A DNA stretch of 55,253 nucleotides, counting the filler, from Dimargaris cristalligena (taxonomy: Eukaryota): assembly GCA_003614675.1 (NCBI GenBank). It is 2 parts of 2 records of this genome, joined end to end, with 100 filler letters (N's around TTAATTAATTAA, not from the genome) between each part and the next. Parts side by side here need not be neighbours in the genome. Positions count along the whole stretch, not along the records: positions 27,748 to 55,253 come from ML002517.1; 1 more part is not named here. The stretch is one strand, 5' to 3'. Below are positions 27,648 to 40,900 of this stretch, one piece after another. The notes under the pieces are model-generated. The model made no database searches. It worked only from the letters and a program-made list of their open reading frames with translations, and was not told the DNA's origin. Each line of letters starts with the position of its first letter. Position 1 is the first letter of the stretch. The position numbers and the translations under genes are program-made.

Positions 27648-27747
27648 NNNNNNNNNNNNNNNNNNNNNNNNNNNNNNNNNNNNNNNNNNNNTTAATTAAT
27701 TAANNNNNNNNNNNNNNNNNNNNNNNNNNNNNNNNNNNNNNNNNNNN
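27648..27747. other. Artificial contig spacer: N44 + TTAATTAATTAA (stops in all six frames) + N44
   Basis: Exactly 100 nt and symmetric; genes on both sides are truncated here. Confidence 0.97.
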
Positions 27748-30738
27748 GGTCTTGCGGCGCAACGTCTTGGTCAGCGGAACGCCGTTCATGAGAATGTCAC
27801 CCTCCACGCGACCCAGGTTCTTACGCTGGGCCAAGACATCCAAAAGCGTGGTCTTACCAGCACCACTAGCACCCATCAGGGCAGACATGGATCCGGGTTT
27901 CACGTAACCGAAAATCTTACGCAGAAGCTGAATCTCCTGGCCCTTCTTCTTGCCGGGGACAGTGTATTCGACGTCATTCCAGGTCAGGGCCAGGCCCTTG
28001 GTTACCTGGGGTAGACCGTTGTTGCCCTTCTCTTCCTGGCCGCCAACGCCTTCGTACTGGCCGTCCTTCTCGGGGAAGTTAACGGGAACGGTTTTGTTGG
28101 CCTTGAACACATTGGTGCTGTAGCCGCCCTTGCCGAACTCGACCTTTTCAACCACAATAACGGTGATGACTATGAAGAGCACCCAAAAGCACACTACGGC
28201 GACAAAATCAATCCACATATCGGAGGTCTTGAAGCCATAGGTGGCCATGAGGTAGTCTTCACCCTTGACCAGCGAAGTGCCGGGCTGGGAGCCGAGTAGA
28301 GTGCACACCTTGTTGGCAACGTTGTCGTATTTGGCATCACCATAGGGCACGAGGTTGAAGCTGACGCACTCGAGCTCAAGACCGCGGAACTCGTTGGACA
28401 GGAGCGCCTTGAGACCGTACGCGATGGGGTTAATCCAGTAGATCCAGATAACCCAACCGCCCATGTCCTTGGGAGGAATCAGATAACCGGTCAAGTTGAT
28501 GAAGAACATAAGGAACAGACCGGCTAAAACGTGGCCAGTATGAACGTCATTACTGATTTGGCCAATCAACCGGAACAAGGCGGTCAAGCACAGGGCCGTG
28601 AAGAAAAGAACCAACAGGAAGAAGAAAAACTTGCCGGCCTCGGCCTGCAACCCGACCATCCAGTAGAGGATAACGGTAAACACGACAATTTGGATCAGGT
28701 ACATTGGGAAATCAGCGACGGTTTGGGCGAAATACTGGGCACTGGGGTGATAGAAGGCGAGGGCTTTTTGCTTGTAGAGAATGGGTCGGCTGTTGAAGGC
28801 CTTGGGTACCTCGGCGTTGGCCATAAGGGTGTTGAACAAAAGACCGAAGAAGAGGGCACCACCGCGAGTAAAGGCCCCGGTACTGTTGGCGGGTAGTTGG
28901 TAGAAGAGGGAACCGACAATAACGGCCATGACCGCATTGTAAATGTAACGGAAAACGAGCTGACCCTTGCTTCCAAGAAGCAGGGAAATCTCACGGCGCA
29001 TAGTGTTCTTAATCTGTTGGTAGTAGGTGATCTGATAGGGGGAGGAACGGCGGACTTTACTCTTCCCACCGCCCATGCGAGAGGATTCGATATTCTCACG
29101 GAACTTCATGTCGGGGCGCTCGGCCTTGAATTCCTCCTTGTACTCGATAATCTCGCGGCTAAGGCGGTTGTAGTCGGACGAGGCGCGGAACCGGGCCTCA
29201 AATTCTTCGGGGGAACGGGGCACGGCGCTCTCCATTCCCGGGGCGACCTGGGCCTCGTGCTTCATGGTGATACCGGTCAAGAAATCCGAGGTGGTTTGAC
29301 GCCCGGGGCACACAAAGCCCATGCTCTCAAAATAGCCCTTGGCCTCATCGGCAGGGCCGAGATAAATGCAGCGGCCCTCGGCTAAGAGCATAACCTTGTC
29401 GAACAAGTTGTAAATGTTCTCGGAGGCCTGGTACAGGGAGACGACGGTAGTGCGCTGGAACAGGTCGGCCACAATACGCAGCGAGCGCACGTAATCCAGG
29501 GCAGACGAGGCATCCAAACCACGGGTACTACCGTCCCAGATGGACACGGCGGCACCGGTAGCCATTTGCTCGGCAATACTGGTACGTTTCTTCTCACCAC
29601 CGGACACACCACGGGTCATGGCGTCACCGACAATGGTGTCGGCACAGCGCTGGAGACCGAACATCTTGATGAGCAATTCCAAAATCTCGGCACGCAATGC
29701 GTCGGGGTCGGCCACCAAGCGGCGACTGGGGGTCTTGGACCGCAGGGCGAAATCGATGGTTTGGCGCACGGTGTAGGTCGGATGGTGGAAATCGTCCTCC
29801 TGATTGTACGCTACTTCGCCACGGTATTTCTGGGCCACTTCGTGGGAGTCGATGCCACCGTAGGTCACTTCGCCGCTAACCTCCTTGTAGGTCTTGCGCT
29901 GATTACCCAGCACACGCAGCAGGGTCGAACAACCGGCACCAGGTTTACCCAGCACCAGCATCATTTCGCCGTTACGGCAGTAACCGTTCATACTGTGAAG
30001 AATGGTCTTGGTGGCCTCTTCGGAAAAGAAGCCCCGGCCGGTCAGAAGCGAGCCAATGATTTTAGGGATCCGGACCGCGCCGTGGATAATCGGGGAGAGA
30101 ACGTTTTCAATGTAGGCATTGGCCGATCCACTGCCCAGGACGGTCAGGTTCTCGAAGACAATGCCGACTTTCTTGATGCGGTCTTCGTCCATATTCTCGG
30201 CCTGCTGGCTAAGGTATTCGCGGATGTCGACGGGAAGACCCCCGCCTTCCTCGATGGCATGGACGGAACTGTGCTTAGAGAGGGTCTTCTGGAGCTGGTC
30301 AAAGTGGGCGGTGGCCTCGTCATAGTCTACTTGACTGGGCTCACCGAAAGATTGGTTGATACCGTCCCCAAGGATATTCTTTTGGCGGTAAGAGGCCTGG
30401 CGGGTAACATGGATGGGAGGGGAGGTCGAGTCGCCTTCCTCGCTGTGGCCCGCAGCAGCGGAGCTGTCAAAGGCCACGTGGCGAGGAAATAAGCCGGCGC
30501 CGTCCGGGCCGCCCACATGGGTATCATGAAGGAGATCCGAACTAGCCAGGTTCAAGCCTAGACCACGGTCGAGGGACGCGTCGGCAGCGTCTTTTTCGGC
30601 CGACTTCGAAGGGGAACCCGAGCCCTTCAGATGGCGGTGGGTGCGGGCAATGGACGAGTCCGAGGCGGCGGTTTGGTCGTCCGAACCGGGAACGCTGGAA
30701 ACGCTCCCGTTTAGTTCGTGGGGAGGAGAACCAGACAT
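27748..30738 (-). CDS. PDR-type full-size ABCG transporter (SNQ2/PDR family), 3' end missing at the gap
   Basis: NBD1 has the PDR-type degenerate Walker A GKPGAGCS, signature VSGGEKKRTSIAE and WDGSTRGLD. TMD1 has six helices and the LLSNEF motif. NBD2 Walker A is GASGAGKTTLLDVLAQRK. No intron in the visible part. Confidence 0.95.
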
Positions 30739-32560
30739 ACCAACAAAATAGTTAGGTGATGTAGCGGACGGGGATAGTATTCAATGGTTATCGTAATGGA
30801 TGAATTAAATGGCGATAAAAATAAATGGGGCGGGATATGGATGTAGCCCGGAGTTAGGGGAGGGATAAGTGGGAGTGACAAAAGAACCTAATCAGATGCA
30901 GAGTACTGTAAATGTCGGGTAATTTGATGCAAGGGGTTCGAGAGCAGGCGTAATAAATTAAAAGAACAATATGATAGATAGGTGGGGATATAGAATGTAT
31001 AATTGCTTGACTCCCAAAAGTGGGGAATTGGGGCAAAACACTTCGATTAAATACAGGCAAGTGATCTGTAGAACCGATAGAAATATAAATAAGACGGCTT
31101 TAAATTTACTAGAGCTACACAGAAGGTGACTGAGATTAATGAGGATAGGGCAGGGAGAGGGGCGGAGACTGAAGAACGTAGTAATCTCTCTCACACTAGC
31201 CCGGCTGAGAGCTCAAAGGGAACGAGAAAATAAGGTTGGGCCAAGAGGGGGGGTGCATAAAGTATTTAAATGTAAGGAATTCTAAGGAATATTAGTGATG
31301 GAAGAAAGTATAGCCGATGAAATGCAATCCTGGAAAGAAAGCCGACTGTACACCAGAAAATAGAACACTTTACTTACTGGAGTGGGACGAGAAGCGGCCT
31401 TTTATAAGGCGGTGGAGATCCATAGCACAATCCTATTGCGGTGATACCTACCAATTAAAAGCCGGGCCATAAATATATAGAAATGGAGAGAATATTTATT
31501 TTGAAGGATTCGGCATCGTTTAAGGCGAGAGCCTCGCCCAGTTACTGGTCCCATGGGAGTTTCTAGCAAGGTACGGAGAAAATGGACCAACGGCAATGGA
31601 ATATCGGGTCCGGAGGGTTAGCGAGGGTGATTACGTGAGTTGCGGCGGACGTCCCGCTGTAAATCCACAGCTTGTGCTTCCCTCGTCCTGCTGGCGATAA
31701 AAACATGTGAGCTGTGGGTGGAATCTAGTGGTTTTCATTGCCCTATTGGACTGAGTGCACCACTACCTGTCGGCAATCTTGGTGGATTGGTGGTTGACAT
31801 TGGGCCCAATAACCATTGACATGGTGCAGGAACCTCGGTGTAACAGAAGAGTTCTGGCCATTCCGGCATCCCCCCGGTCACCGAGTGCCACTCAAAAGAA
31901 TAGTCCTTCTTGCCACAAGCCCAGCCAGCGCCTGGCATCGTGAACCTTCCCCCTCCATACTGAGCCAGTCATGAAAGAGGAGGCCTGGCTCGACGACCAA
32001 CAATAACCCCACCGGGTTTAGTGCGAGGAAAACCCCACAGCCTTTTACCCTGATAATACCATTCATTGATTGATTTCGCCTCTCTTTTCTTGGCCCGGCC
32101 TCGGTGGCTCGGGAAAACTACAGCCTATACCGTCCAAGCTGACGGATTTCCTCACCAATCCGCATAGGGGAAGGTGCGCCCACGCTCTAACCCAAAATTC
32201 AGTAAAGGTCGTCGTCGCTTACCTCTTTTCCACCAGTCGCCGGAGGCCTCGTGCTGATTAGTCAAACCCGCCGCCGAGCATCTGCCCACCTGCGCCTAGA
32301 AAAAGTAATGTGCTCGCCGATGTTGGTCCGATAAGCTGAAAGCAAAACAACCTAGAATTCGGGATTATCGTTTTTATAATTTACTTGTTTAGATCGGTTC
32401 CGGTATGGACTTGTCACCCACCGGCTTTTGTGTCCCCCCACCCTCCGTTTTTGACGAAACTCCACCCTCCTACCCCCATTTTCCCTCTGCCGTCTACCAC
32501 AGCCCCTTAAATGGAAAAAATATACGCCGGGTCTTTCACTAAGAACTACCTGCAGCTGAC

Positions 32561-32779
32561 AAATTCATCTGGGTGAAGTTCAGCTTAGCTGCATAAGAAT
32601 TTAACTGATATGTGTATGGGAAAATCGGTGGGATCTTATTTTCAACCAGTAGTATTTGCCTCATCAAATGGATTTTTCGTTATACAGCCTTGCTGAACTA
32701 CTCCCATCTGATACTTGGTCATCGACGTAACTAACTCTAACCCGTCCCCCATCTACGGGTTATATTTTTAGGAAAACAT
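32561..32779 (+). repeat. Dispersed degenerate repeat, copy 2 (homologous to 15335-15573)
   Basis: See copy 1; the core is 44/49 identical. Confidence 0.75.
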
Positions 32780-35693
32780 CCCCGTTTATTTTTGGGTTCC
32801 TAACCTCACCCAGTATGGGAGGGGGATTTTCCCAGGTGTGCGTTGCTTTCATTAGTCGAACCCCAAGGGTCGGGCATTGCCGATACTCCTGTCCCATTCT
32901 TCACTCTGTCTAGTTGGGGACAGACAGGTTCATTCATTCCGATTTTCCGAACAAACGTAGTCGAATATTTACGGATATAGAAATACTTAAAGAGGAGCAT
33001 GTATGGTTTTACCAGCAGTATATGGCAGTGGAAGGAAGGCCACCCCGCCACCATCGGTCTTTATTATCTGCGACGAACCCTTTTAATAATGCCTCCTCAT
33101 CGATACGGCGCAAAGCAGTAGCGGCTGGGGACGGTTATTGGGCACGGCAACCCGCTGGGTCGGGCATACGGCTATGAAAACTTGGGTTTTTCGCATGGAG
33201 AATATTATGTCTTAGTCAAAGGAATTTCTAACCAATCACCAAACAACAGGCACTTGGGGCTGGAGAGAGAGAGAGAGAGGTATTCAGTGATCTAAGGAAT
33301 AATGGTCAGGGGGGCGCATTATGCTCCAGTGCCCACTTCTTGTTGTGATTTTCCTGTGAGCTTTATTGGCCTGGGTACAGATGAAAATGCAGCGAGTTAC
33401 CCAAACCATGATAGACGCACAAGTCTGTAGTGGGTCCTGAACCTGCAAGTTAAATGGGCTGTTCATAATAGGCCTCTGCTTTCCAAAGGCAGGTGCGAAA
33501 GGTATTCAGGGATGCGCCATGGCATTCTTGATGGTTTTATTTACAGGGGTTGACTAATGTAAAATGGCATGTGTTGTATCGGTATCATGGGCGAATAATA
33601 TATAGTAGTCTACTAAGCTGCTTAAAACAATAATAGCCTATTTACCCCCAAAGGTATATCTCACTAGCTGGAAGTTGTTTAATCATCCACATCAACAAAG
33701 AGAGATGTGCAAGTTTATCCGATTAACATGAATAGTCTGTAGATACTCTACGAGGGCCTGGCCGATTGGTAGGAGTTTTCCGCCCCTCTATAACGTGAGG
33801 CGGGCCAATACTGTGGATTCGGCAGGGTTAGGGCGTGCCCTAAATCTTACAGGGAGATGCTGAACTTCAGGTACCTTCCCTACCCCCTCCGGCCTTCTAG
33901 GGAAACGCTGTGTTCTTCGTGCATGTCGGTATTTCAACCCTGCATCCCAGTCCAATGCGTCTTTTTTCCGACAGACATTTGCTGGCATCTCAATGTGAAC
34001 AGTAAAATGGCTAAATAGCCGCCAATACTTCCCTACCTGGGGGCTTGCGCAGTACTTCCACAGCCCTCCTCTCTATATATATGTTAAAGAATGCGACTCA
34101 AACGAGGCTGTTTAGGTATACCCATGAAATACCATGCTGTCCTCCCCCCTGTGACATTTTTAATGCAGTGGTGCGCCCACATAAATGGGTAGGCAACCCT
34201 GCCGAGTTGGTATTTCTTAATTTTAATAACTTCTATATACGTATTAGAGGCAACTGCGGCCTTTTAAACCATCGGACATGCAGTATGAAAACCAGCGTTA
34301 AACTGGCTGACGTGGCCGTGTTAGCAGTTGGGATGGCGCGGCGCTTGTTGAATCAGACCCTTCTCCTATCGCTTCCTCCATGATCCGCCTCCCATTTCCG
34401 ACTATGGAAAATCGAGTGCTCACTAAGGAAATCCACTTATCCATGAACCAGTGGCCCGATTGGTTAGAAATTCTGGCACTTTACTATAGATGGGGCAATA
34501 CACCCCCCCCCCACAAGGTTTCTCGCATGTGCAGTACCTGATCGATATTCAAAACGTCTGTTTTCAATGGTCTGTGGCTATTTAGATAGACAGCTGGAGT
34601 GAGTGAGATCATTGTGATAATAATCGCTGAACCTGCCTTGCTCAACACAAATGCGTCGTACATTTAAAATCAACTTAATCGTCCTAAGTTCTACAGTGGG
34701 TCTGGTAGAGCACTGCCTATAATGTGGCGGAGTCTCTTAACTTGATGTTTTAATAAACCGCCAGCCAGAGAGGTACATTGGAGCCATGCAAAACATTAGG
34801 CTATACCGGATTGGAACGGTAGTGCTACAAACATACCAAAGAAAACATATAATAATATCAGCCCCAGGTGCACCACCAATGGTTGCTTCGTCTCTGGTGC
34901 GGGGCTTTACGAAATGAAACACGGTGACGGGTGGATTGGAAAGATAAGCCCCATACATGGGACGGGACTTTTCGGCCTTTATCACCTACCTACACTGCTG
35001 TTAATTGGGTATAAACTCCCATTGGCTGGGCAATTTTGGTTTAGGTCCAAGGCAAAATGCGACCACTTACAATCGATTAAAAATCCCATACTCCCTAATA
35101 AAAGATGACTTACTAAGACACTCACTAAAAGCGGTTTTGCACCAAGTCCTAATTAACCAACCTACCTTATCAAACTATTAATAACCAAAGTCCCATAAAC
35201 CAACCCAAAATCGCCCCTCCATTTTACCCTTTATATCAGCAGTCTAATGGCCCAGACATATACACCGCCCTTTTGAATATTGTTTTAATGATGCCGCTGC
35301 TACATCTCTTGGCATATATTTAATACGTTTCTATAGGGCTCAAAAGATGGGAACGGATGCGGTAATACCAAGGCTTTTTAATTAGGGTTGAATAGCTCCG
35401 CTGGTTAGTTTTTACACTCCTCCTCCCAATTAGATTACTGGCCGGAAGACATTTCGTTTATTATAATGGGACTGGATTGGAAATGGAAATGAAGATATTA
35501 CACAAGAAATACAGTAGTATACCCCATCTGGAATGCTTAATATAGATAATTACGGGATAAAAAAATAACGCTTCAAAACCATTCATTAGCTGAACTTAAA
35601 GTGAATAAAAATAATCATAAGGGTTGGCAAAGCAAGTCGGGTCTAGAGGTTAAGGGTCGGGTATGGTGAGATGGCGATCTGGACTAGGGGTAT

Positions 35694-37047
35694 TTATCGG
35701 GGCCCCGGAACTTGGGGGCCATGCGGCTGTAAAAGAAGACCGCTTTGAACCTTGATCTCATGAAGCCGCCGCTTAAGCTCACCTATATTCCGTTGGCCAT
35801 TCGGGGGTATATTGGCAGGGGTCTACGGATAAGGCAACGATTGTCCGCAATTGTAGCGTGGCGTATTTAAAAAAGGGGCTCGGTTAGGTTTGGTACTGTC
35901 GGTTTGATATTTTATCTAGGTATTGGATACTACTAACACAGTCGGAAGGCCAGGGCAATCAATGCAAGGCTACTTTTTGTGATATGTTTTTCGTTTCAAT
36001 GGAAATAGTTGGGCGCTGATGCATCGGAGAGTGGACTTACCGACCTGGGCTCGGCCTGGTCCTGTTGGTTGGCTAGAACCAAGGGTTCGAGGATAGAGAT
36101 TCGCTTGTGGAGTCGCTCATTCTCGTCAATTACTTCATCAAGTGCCGATTGGAGCTCCTCGTAGCTGCGTTTGCGATTAGGTATAGTTAGACTGAGATCG
36201 GGTCGGAAGGATGCCTCCAAAATATGGGCTTCGAGTCTTTCGATAGTCTGGGCTTGCTCTGCAATAAGGGTTTGGAGGTCAGCGTTGTCTGGGGCAGCGT
36301 CGGCATGGGCCTCCAAGACCTCTTGGCACTCACGGAGTAGGCTGTTGGTTTCTTCCAACTCGGTAGCCAATGCCAGATTTTGATTAACCAAGTCGTCGAG
36401 GTCAGCCTGGGGAACCATGGTAGAGGTCATCCGCTGAAGCTCAGCCTCAAGTTCTTGGATACGCGCCTGTTGATGCTGAATGGTGGTCGCGCTGTAGTCG
36501 TTGCTTTTCCGAGTGGAATTTCTCTGGGAATCCAGCGACTTATCCTGGGGTTTGCCTAGGAAGGTTTTCTGCATTGTCTGGTATAGGGAGTGACAATTAT
36601 GGCGGATAGCAATGTACATGATTGGGGATATAGTTAGATCCAAAGCTGACAGGTATGTATACTGGGCCTAGTCAGGTCGTAATAGTGGCTGGTGGGGCTC
36701 GGGCCTTACAGTGGGGTGGGACGGGAGGTTCTTCGACTGGAGGGTGGCAGTAGGGCGGGCGGTTTTGCTAACCGGAATGGCCGTGGGCTGCGTATCGATT
36801 GTAACGTGGTAGAAGCGTATGTGGCAAGTGGGATTGGTAAGTACGGGGTGCGGATAGTAGGTGAGTGTAATAGGCGACCCCCTGTGGAGGTGGGCATTAA
36901 GAAGCGATTCAACATGGGTTGCTCGTTTGCTGGACAGCAGCACCCCTATACACTTGAGTTGGGCAAGTGAAGTGGAGGAGGGTGAGCAATTCGACTTACC
37001 CTACCAACGCCTTTACTTTCGCGCCAGAGCTTTAGTTTATCATCCAT
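35694..37047 (-). CDS. Uncharacterised coiled-coil protein, about 263 aa, 4 exons
   Basis: Exons 37047-37000 (MDDKLKLWRESKGVGR), 36787-36710, 36577-36041 (heptad-rich) and 35822-35694 (IGELKRRLHEIK). All three introns are phase 0 with GTAAG donors and YAG acceptors. Confidence 0.7.
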
Positions 37048-37903
37048 GGAGTTGGAGGTGGCCAAGGAACAACGGGCAATGGTTCGTTCGGCGAATATAG
37101 ACGACCAGGGTTGGTTGGAGAAAGATATACTTGGCAAATTTAATTGGGGAAATGGAAGTTAGATAGGAGTTAAAAGGTTCATGCGAATCAGACAGAGAAA
37201 GAGTAGACTACATCCATTGGAGGGGGTTGGTGGGCCGCTGTTTTGGGAATGGAAAACTGAGAGCGAGAGTAAGAGGGGAGGATACGAAGAAGACACCTCC
37301 GCTTAGTGCTAGTGAGGGTTAGTTAGGGTACACTAACCAACGCGTAATTTATCATTTTGCCCAACATTCTTGTTTACTCTATTTTCTTGGAGAGTTGCGC
37401 TTGGGGGAGATTTCATGTATACACAAACATTCGCGTAGATAGTGCAACAGACAGGCCAAGCCTTTTTGGTGGTGCACACCATCAGTAATGGGTCTCTCCC
37501 CTTCGCTAAATCTAAGCTAATAGAATGGAATGTGGGCTAAGCATACACATCCGGCTGCTTAACCCCCGCGTTTGATGCCTGATCACATGATGTGAAAGGA
37601 AAACCAGCTGATTCCAATCTAAGTACTTCTCCTAGCGCTGCTCTCTGTTTCTTGCTGGCTCTCCCGGCGGCCATTGGCAATGGCTCCGCCCCTTACCACC
37701 ACCCGAAGCGTTCTACACTCCCCTCGCAAAAGAATGAGGTAATGGGCTCCATGCAAACCCCCGGTATGAAACTACCCTTCACTTACTGTTTGGAGCCACC
37801 CACCTCTACCTATACCCATCTCGAACCCGCAGTTAGTTCGTTACACGAAACCCGCTCATCTCCCCTAGTCGACTAGCCAGCCCCCTACCTTATTGACTGC
37901 CCC

Positions 37904-40900
37904 ATGACTACTGACGTATCCACCCTCGGCTCGCTGGTGCGGGCTTCCGAGGCCCTAACCCCAGGTAAATACCAAACCCACAGCAATCTGGTATCACTTA
38001 GAGCCAATCTATATGCTTAGCCCATTATCACAGCCCCGTATTATATCATTGATTATTCACTCCTCCCGCCCCGTCTGCTGGTTTGAATATATCCCCCCTT
38101 ACATTAGGTCACGCCGAACTCTTTACGGCCACTCACCTGCCTCACTTAGAAGCAGTCGTGGACCAATTTATCAAACGCAGCGGCCGTGGAGATCTGACAG
38201 CGGCCGATAGTGTCCCACTAGCTCTTCAAGTCCTCGCCAATGCCTCCCGCTATGGAGGTACGTTCCATTCCATTTATGTTGGTACACCGAGCATTTTCAT
38301 AGTTACATTTATATAGTGGAATCGAAATCACGGGCAATTGGCCCAGTCACACTACCTTTCCTTGCCCGCTACATTAATTCGCCGGTGATTTAAACCCTAT
38401 ATACATGTCCATATCCCCCTCCCACAGAGGCCAGCCGGTCTCTGATAGGAAAAAGCGGCCTGACACTTCATTTAGCTCCCCTCTTGAACCTCTACATCCA
38501 ATCTAGGCCCGAGGCGGCTGCCTTTACTGCCTTGGCCGTCCAAACCCTCCGACTAATCGCCAACTTAGTGGCCGACCATGGTGAGTTTCCCCACCATATC
38601 GACTCATCACCATCCCGAATGTGTTGGTTCCTTCAGTCATTTCGAGACCATAGAAGGCTATCATACCCACTAGCGATGCTGCACCGCCTCTCTGTCTAAT
38701 TTACTCCAATGTTGTCGGGTTTACCATCCACGGCCCTCTTTAGAACCCAATCGGAACCTGATACTTCAGCTGGGTATTCCCCATCACCTCGTCGCCCTCG
38801 TCAAGGATCACGCTATTCCTATTGATGTTCTCCGGGCTGCCCTCGGTGCCATGCTCAATGCCTCGCTTGACTACGGTAAGTTCCCTGCCCTCAGTCTAGG
38901 GTCGATGAGTTGTGCTGTCCGTGTCCATGGGTCAATACGCCAGTATCTTGGCATTGTTCTTACCCCCAAATCTGTACGCAAACCCCCATCATTACCTTCA
39001 TTTGTAGAGCCATGTCAGAAGAGCTTAATTGAGCAAACTGCCATTGAGGCTCTCGTAGGCACGTTTCAAAATCCCGCTCGTATTGTCGACCACGACATGG
39101 TGGTCAACCTGGTGATCCGTAATCTATCGAATCTGGCTGAGCAAGAAGCGTCCCTGTCGCATTTCCACTCGACGACAGCGGCCACGACCATCATTGGCTT
39201 GGCCGCGGTTTATAAACCCGTCTTCCAGGGCCCGATGGGCCAAGAGGTATTCATGGATCTCCTTAGCCTACTAGAGGCTCTCCTACGACACCCCCCGATC
39301 CAGGTGGATGTGGTACGCAACGGCAAATTGGTTACGTTACTTGACCTTGTCGAGGTACTGGTTCTGGGACAGCTCCAGGTCCCCGCAAGTGAGGCCACCG
39401 ACGCGTCCGCACCCATTGCCCGTGCCCTAGAGTCACTCTCCCTCGATTCGGATGACGAAGAGGAGGCGGGTGAAGAGAAAACGTCTCCCTCCCCAGCAGG
39501 GGCCACCGATAGTAGTCCGAAAACTCAGGCCATCGATCTCCTTTCCCAGACTCTGGTGTCCGTTACTTCAAATGGTAGGCGGGGCTGCTGGTTATTATCA
39601 TTTTTATGGTTACCAATACTATCCAGACATATGGGTTCTGGATTTCTCCATCTCTTCGGCCTTGCCCTATATCGTCTTATTTGGACAATACCTTGTATTT
39701 AACATCCAATTTGAATTGTTACACATGCATCGATGCCCACGTCCTTTCCTGTCAGACGATAACATGGATCGGCTGTTGGAGGACCCGGCCGTATTCAGTC
39801 GTTTACGAACCTGGTTATGGTTGCGACCCTCATCTGTGGAGACCGAGCCCGATCTCACTTCGAAGAAGGATCCCAAGAAATTAGCAGCCCGCACTGGGCA
39901 ACTCCAGACTCTAGCGGCGCTGTGCATCGGTAATGTGGCTCGCTCTGGTAAGTCAGCACCCTGTCCTTCTTGCCCACCAGCCTACTGCGGCAAATTTTCT
40001 CTGGCTCGGTATCTCAGCAATCGGCCTCCATACTACCGTGCCGTTTTAACAGATGTTATATTCCGACCCATTGGATACACTCAATTGTATTGCATAATTT
40101 AGATAAAATCTGCCTCGCTGTCGTGCAAGAACATCGAATTGGCCCCGCCCTTGTCGATTTGCTAAAGGAAACCAAAGACTATCGTATCCAGCACGCCGTG
40201 ACTGGGCTGTTACGTAACCTCACTATTCCTGGTAGGTTGAATATGTCTGTTTTATAATATCCGGCGTTTTTGTAATAGTTGACGCGTAGTAGTGACACAC
40301 CATCCATTCTGAAGTCAATGCTATGCGACGTTTTTCGATGGTCCTTATGGATTGAATCATATAGCCACAGCACTACTAGTCTTTGACCAGATTTGGTTAA
40401 CTGTGCGTCCGTCATGTGCTCGGCCCATTGAAAATACTCACTCACCTTACGCTATGGGCCTTACTATATTTGGGTGGCATTTGCCCCTGTTTCACCATGC
40501 GCTATTTAGAACCCAATAAGCGGGTGTTTGGCCAGACGCCGCTGATCCCCCTGGTGGCCCGGCTTGTTGACACAAAGATTGCCCCGCTACAAATGAACGT
40601 TATTCGTATTCTGAAGCATCTTGTTTCGTATAATCAGTCTCCGAACACCCTGCAGATGGTACAGCCTTTGGGTATCGATTCTGCACCCGCTATGGTTCAT
40701 TCGGTGGCTCAAGCAGCGGCGGCCGTGACCCGCGCCATGGAAGATGAGCAAGACGAAATCGACCTATTCCGTAACACGCCGCTGGGTTTACTTATTGGGG
40801 TACTGGGGGATAACTACCCCGAACCCATCTACTGTGAAGGTGGTCGGGTTGTGGCCGACGTGGTGAAAACCGCCTTTACTGCCCAAGGTAGGGTTAATCA

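Noticed and set aside
27692..27703. TTAATTAATTAA palindrome as a biological element or true stop
   Set aside because: It sits symmetrically within Ns and is a synthetic linker.
28531..30492. Long plus-strand ORFs (e.g. 29566-30492, 308 aa) opposite the ABC transporter
   Set aside because: Antisense shadows of a GC3-rich CDS with no recognisable motifs. The same applies to 20722-21273, 50609-51097 and 53218-53988.
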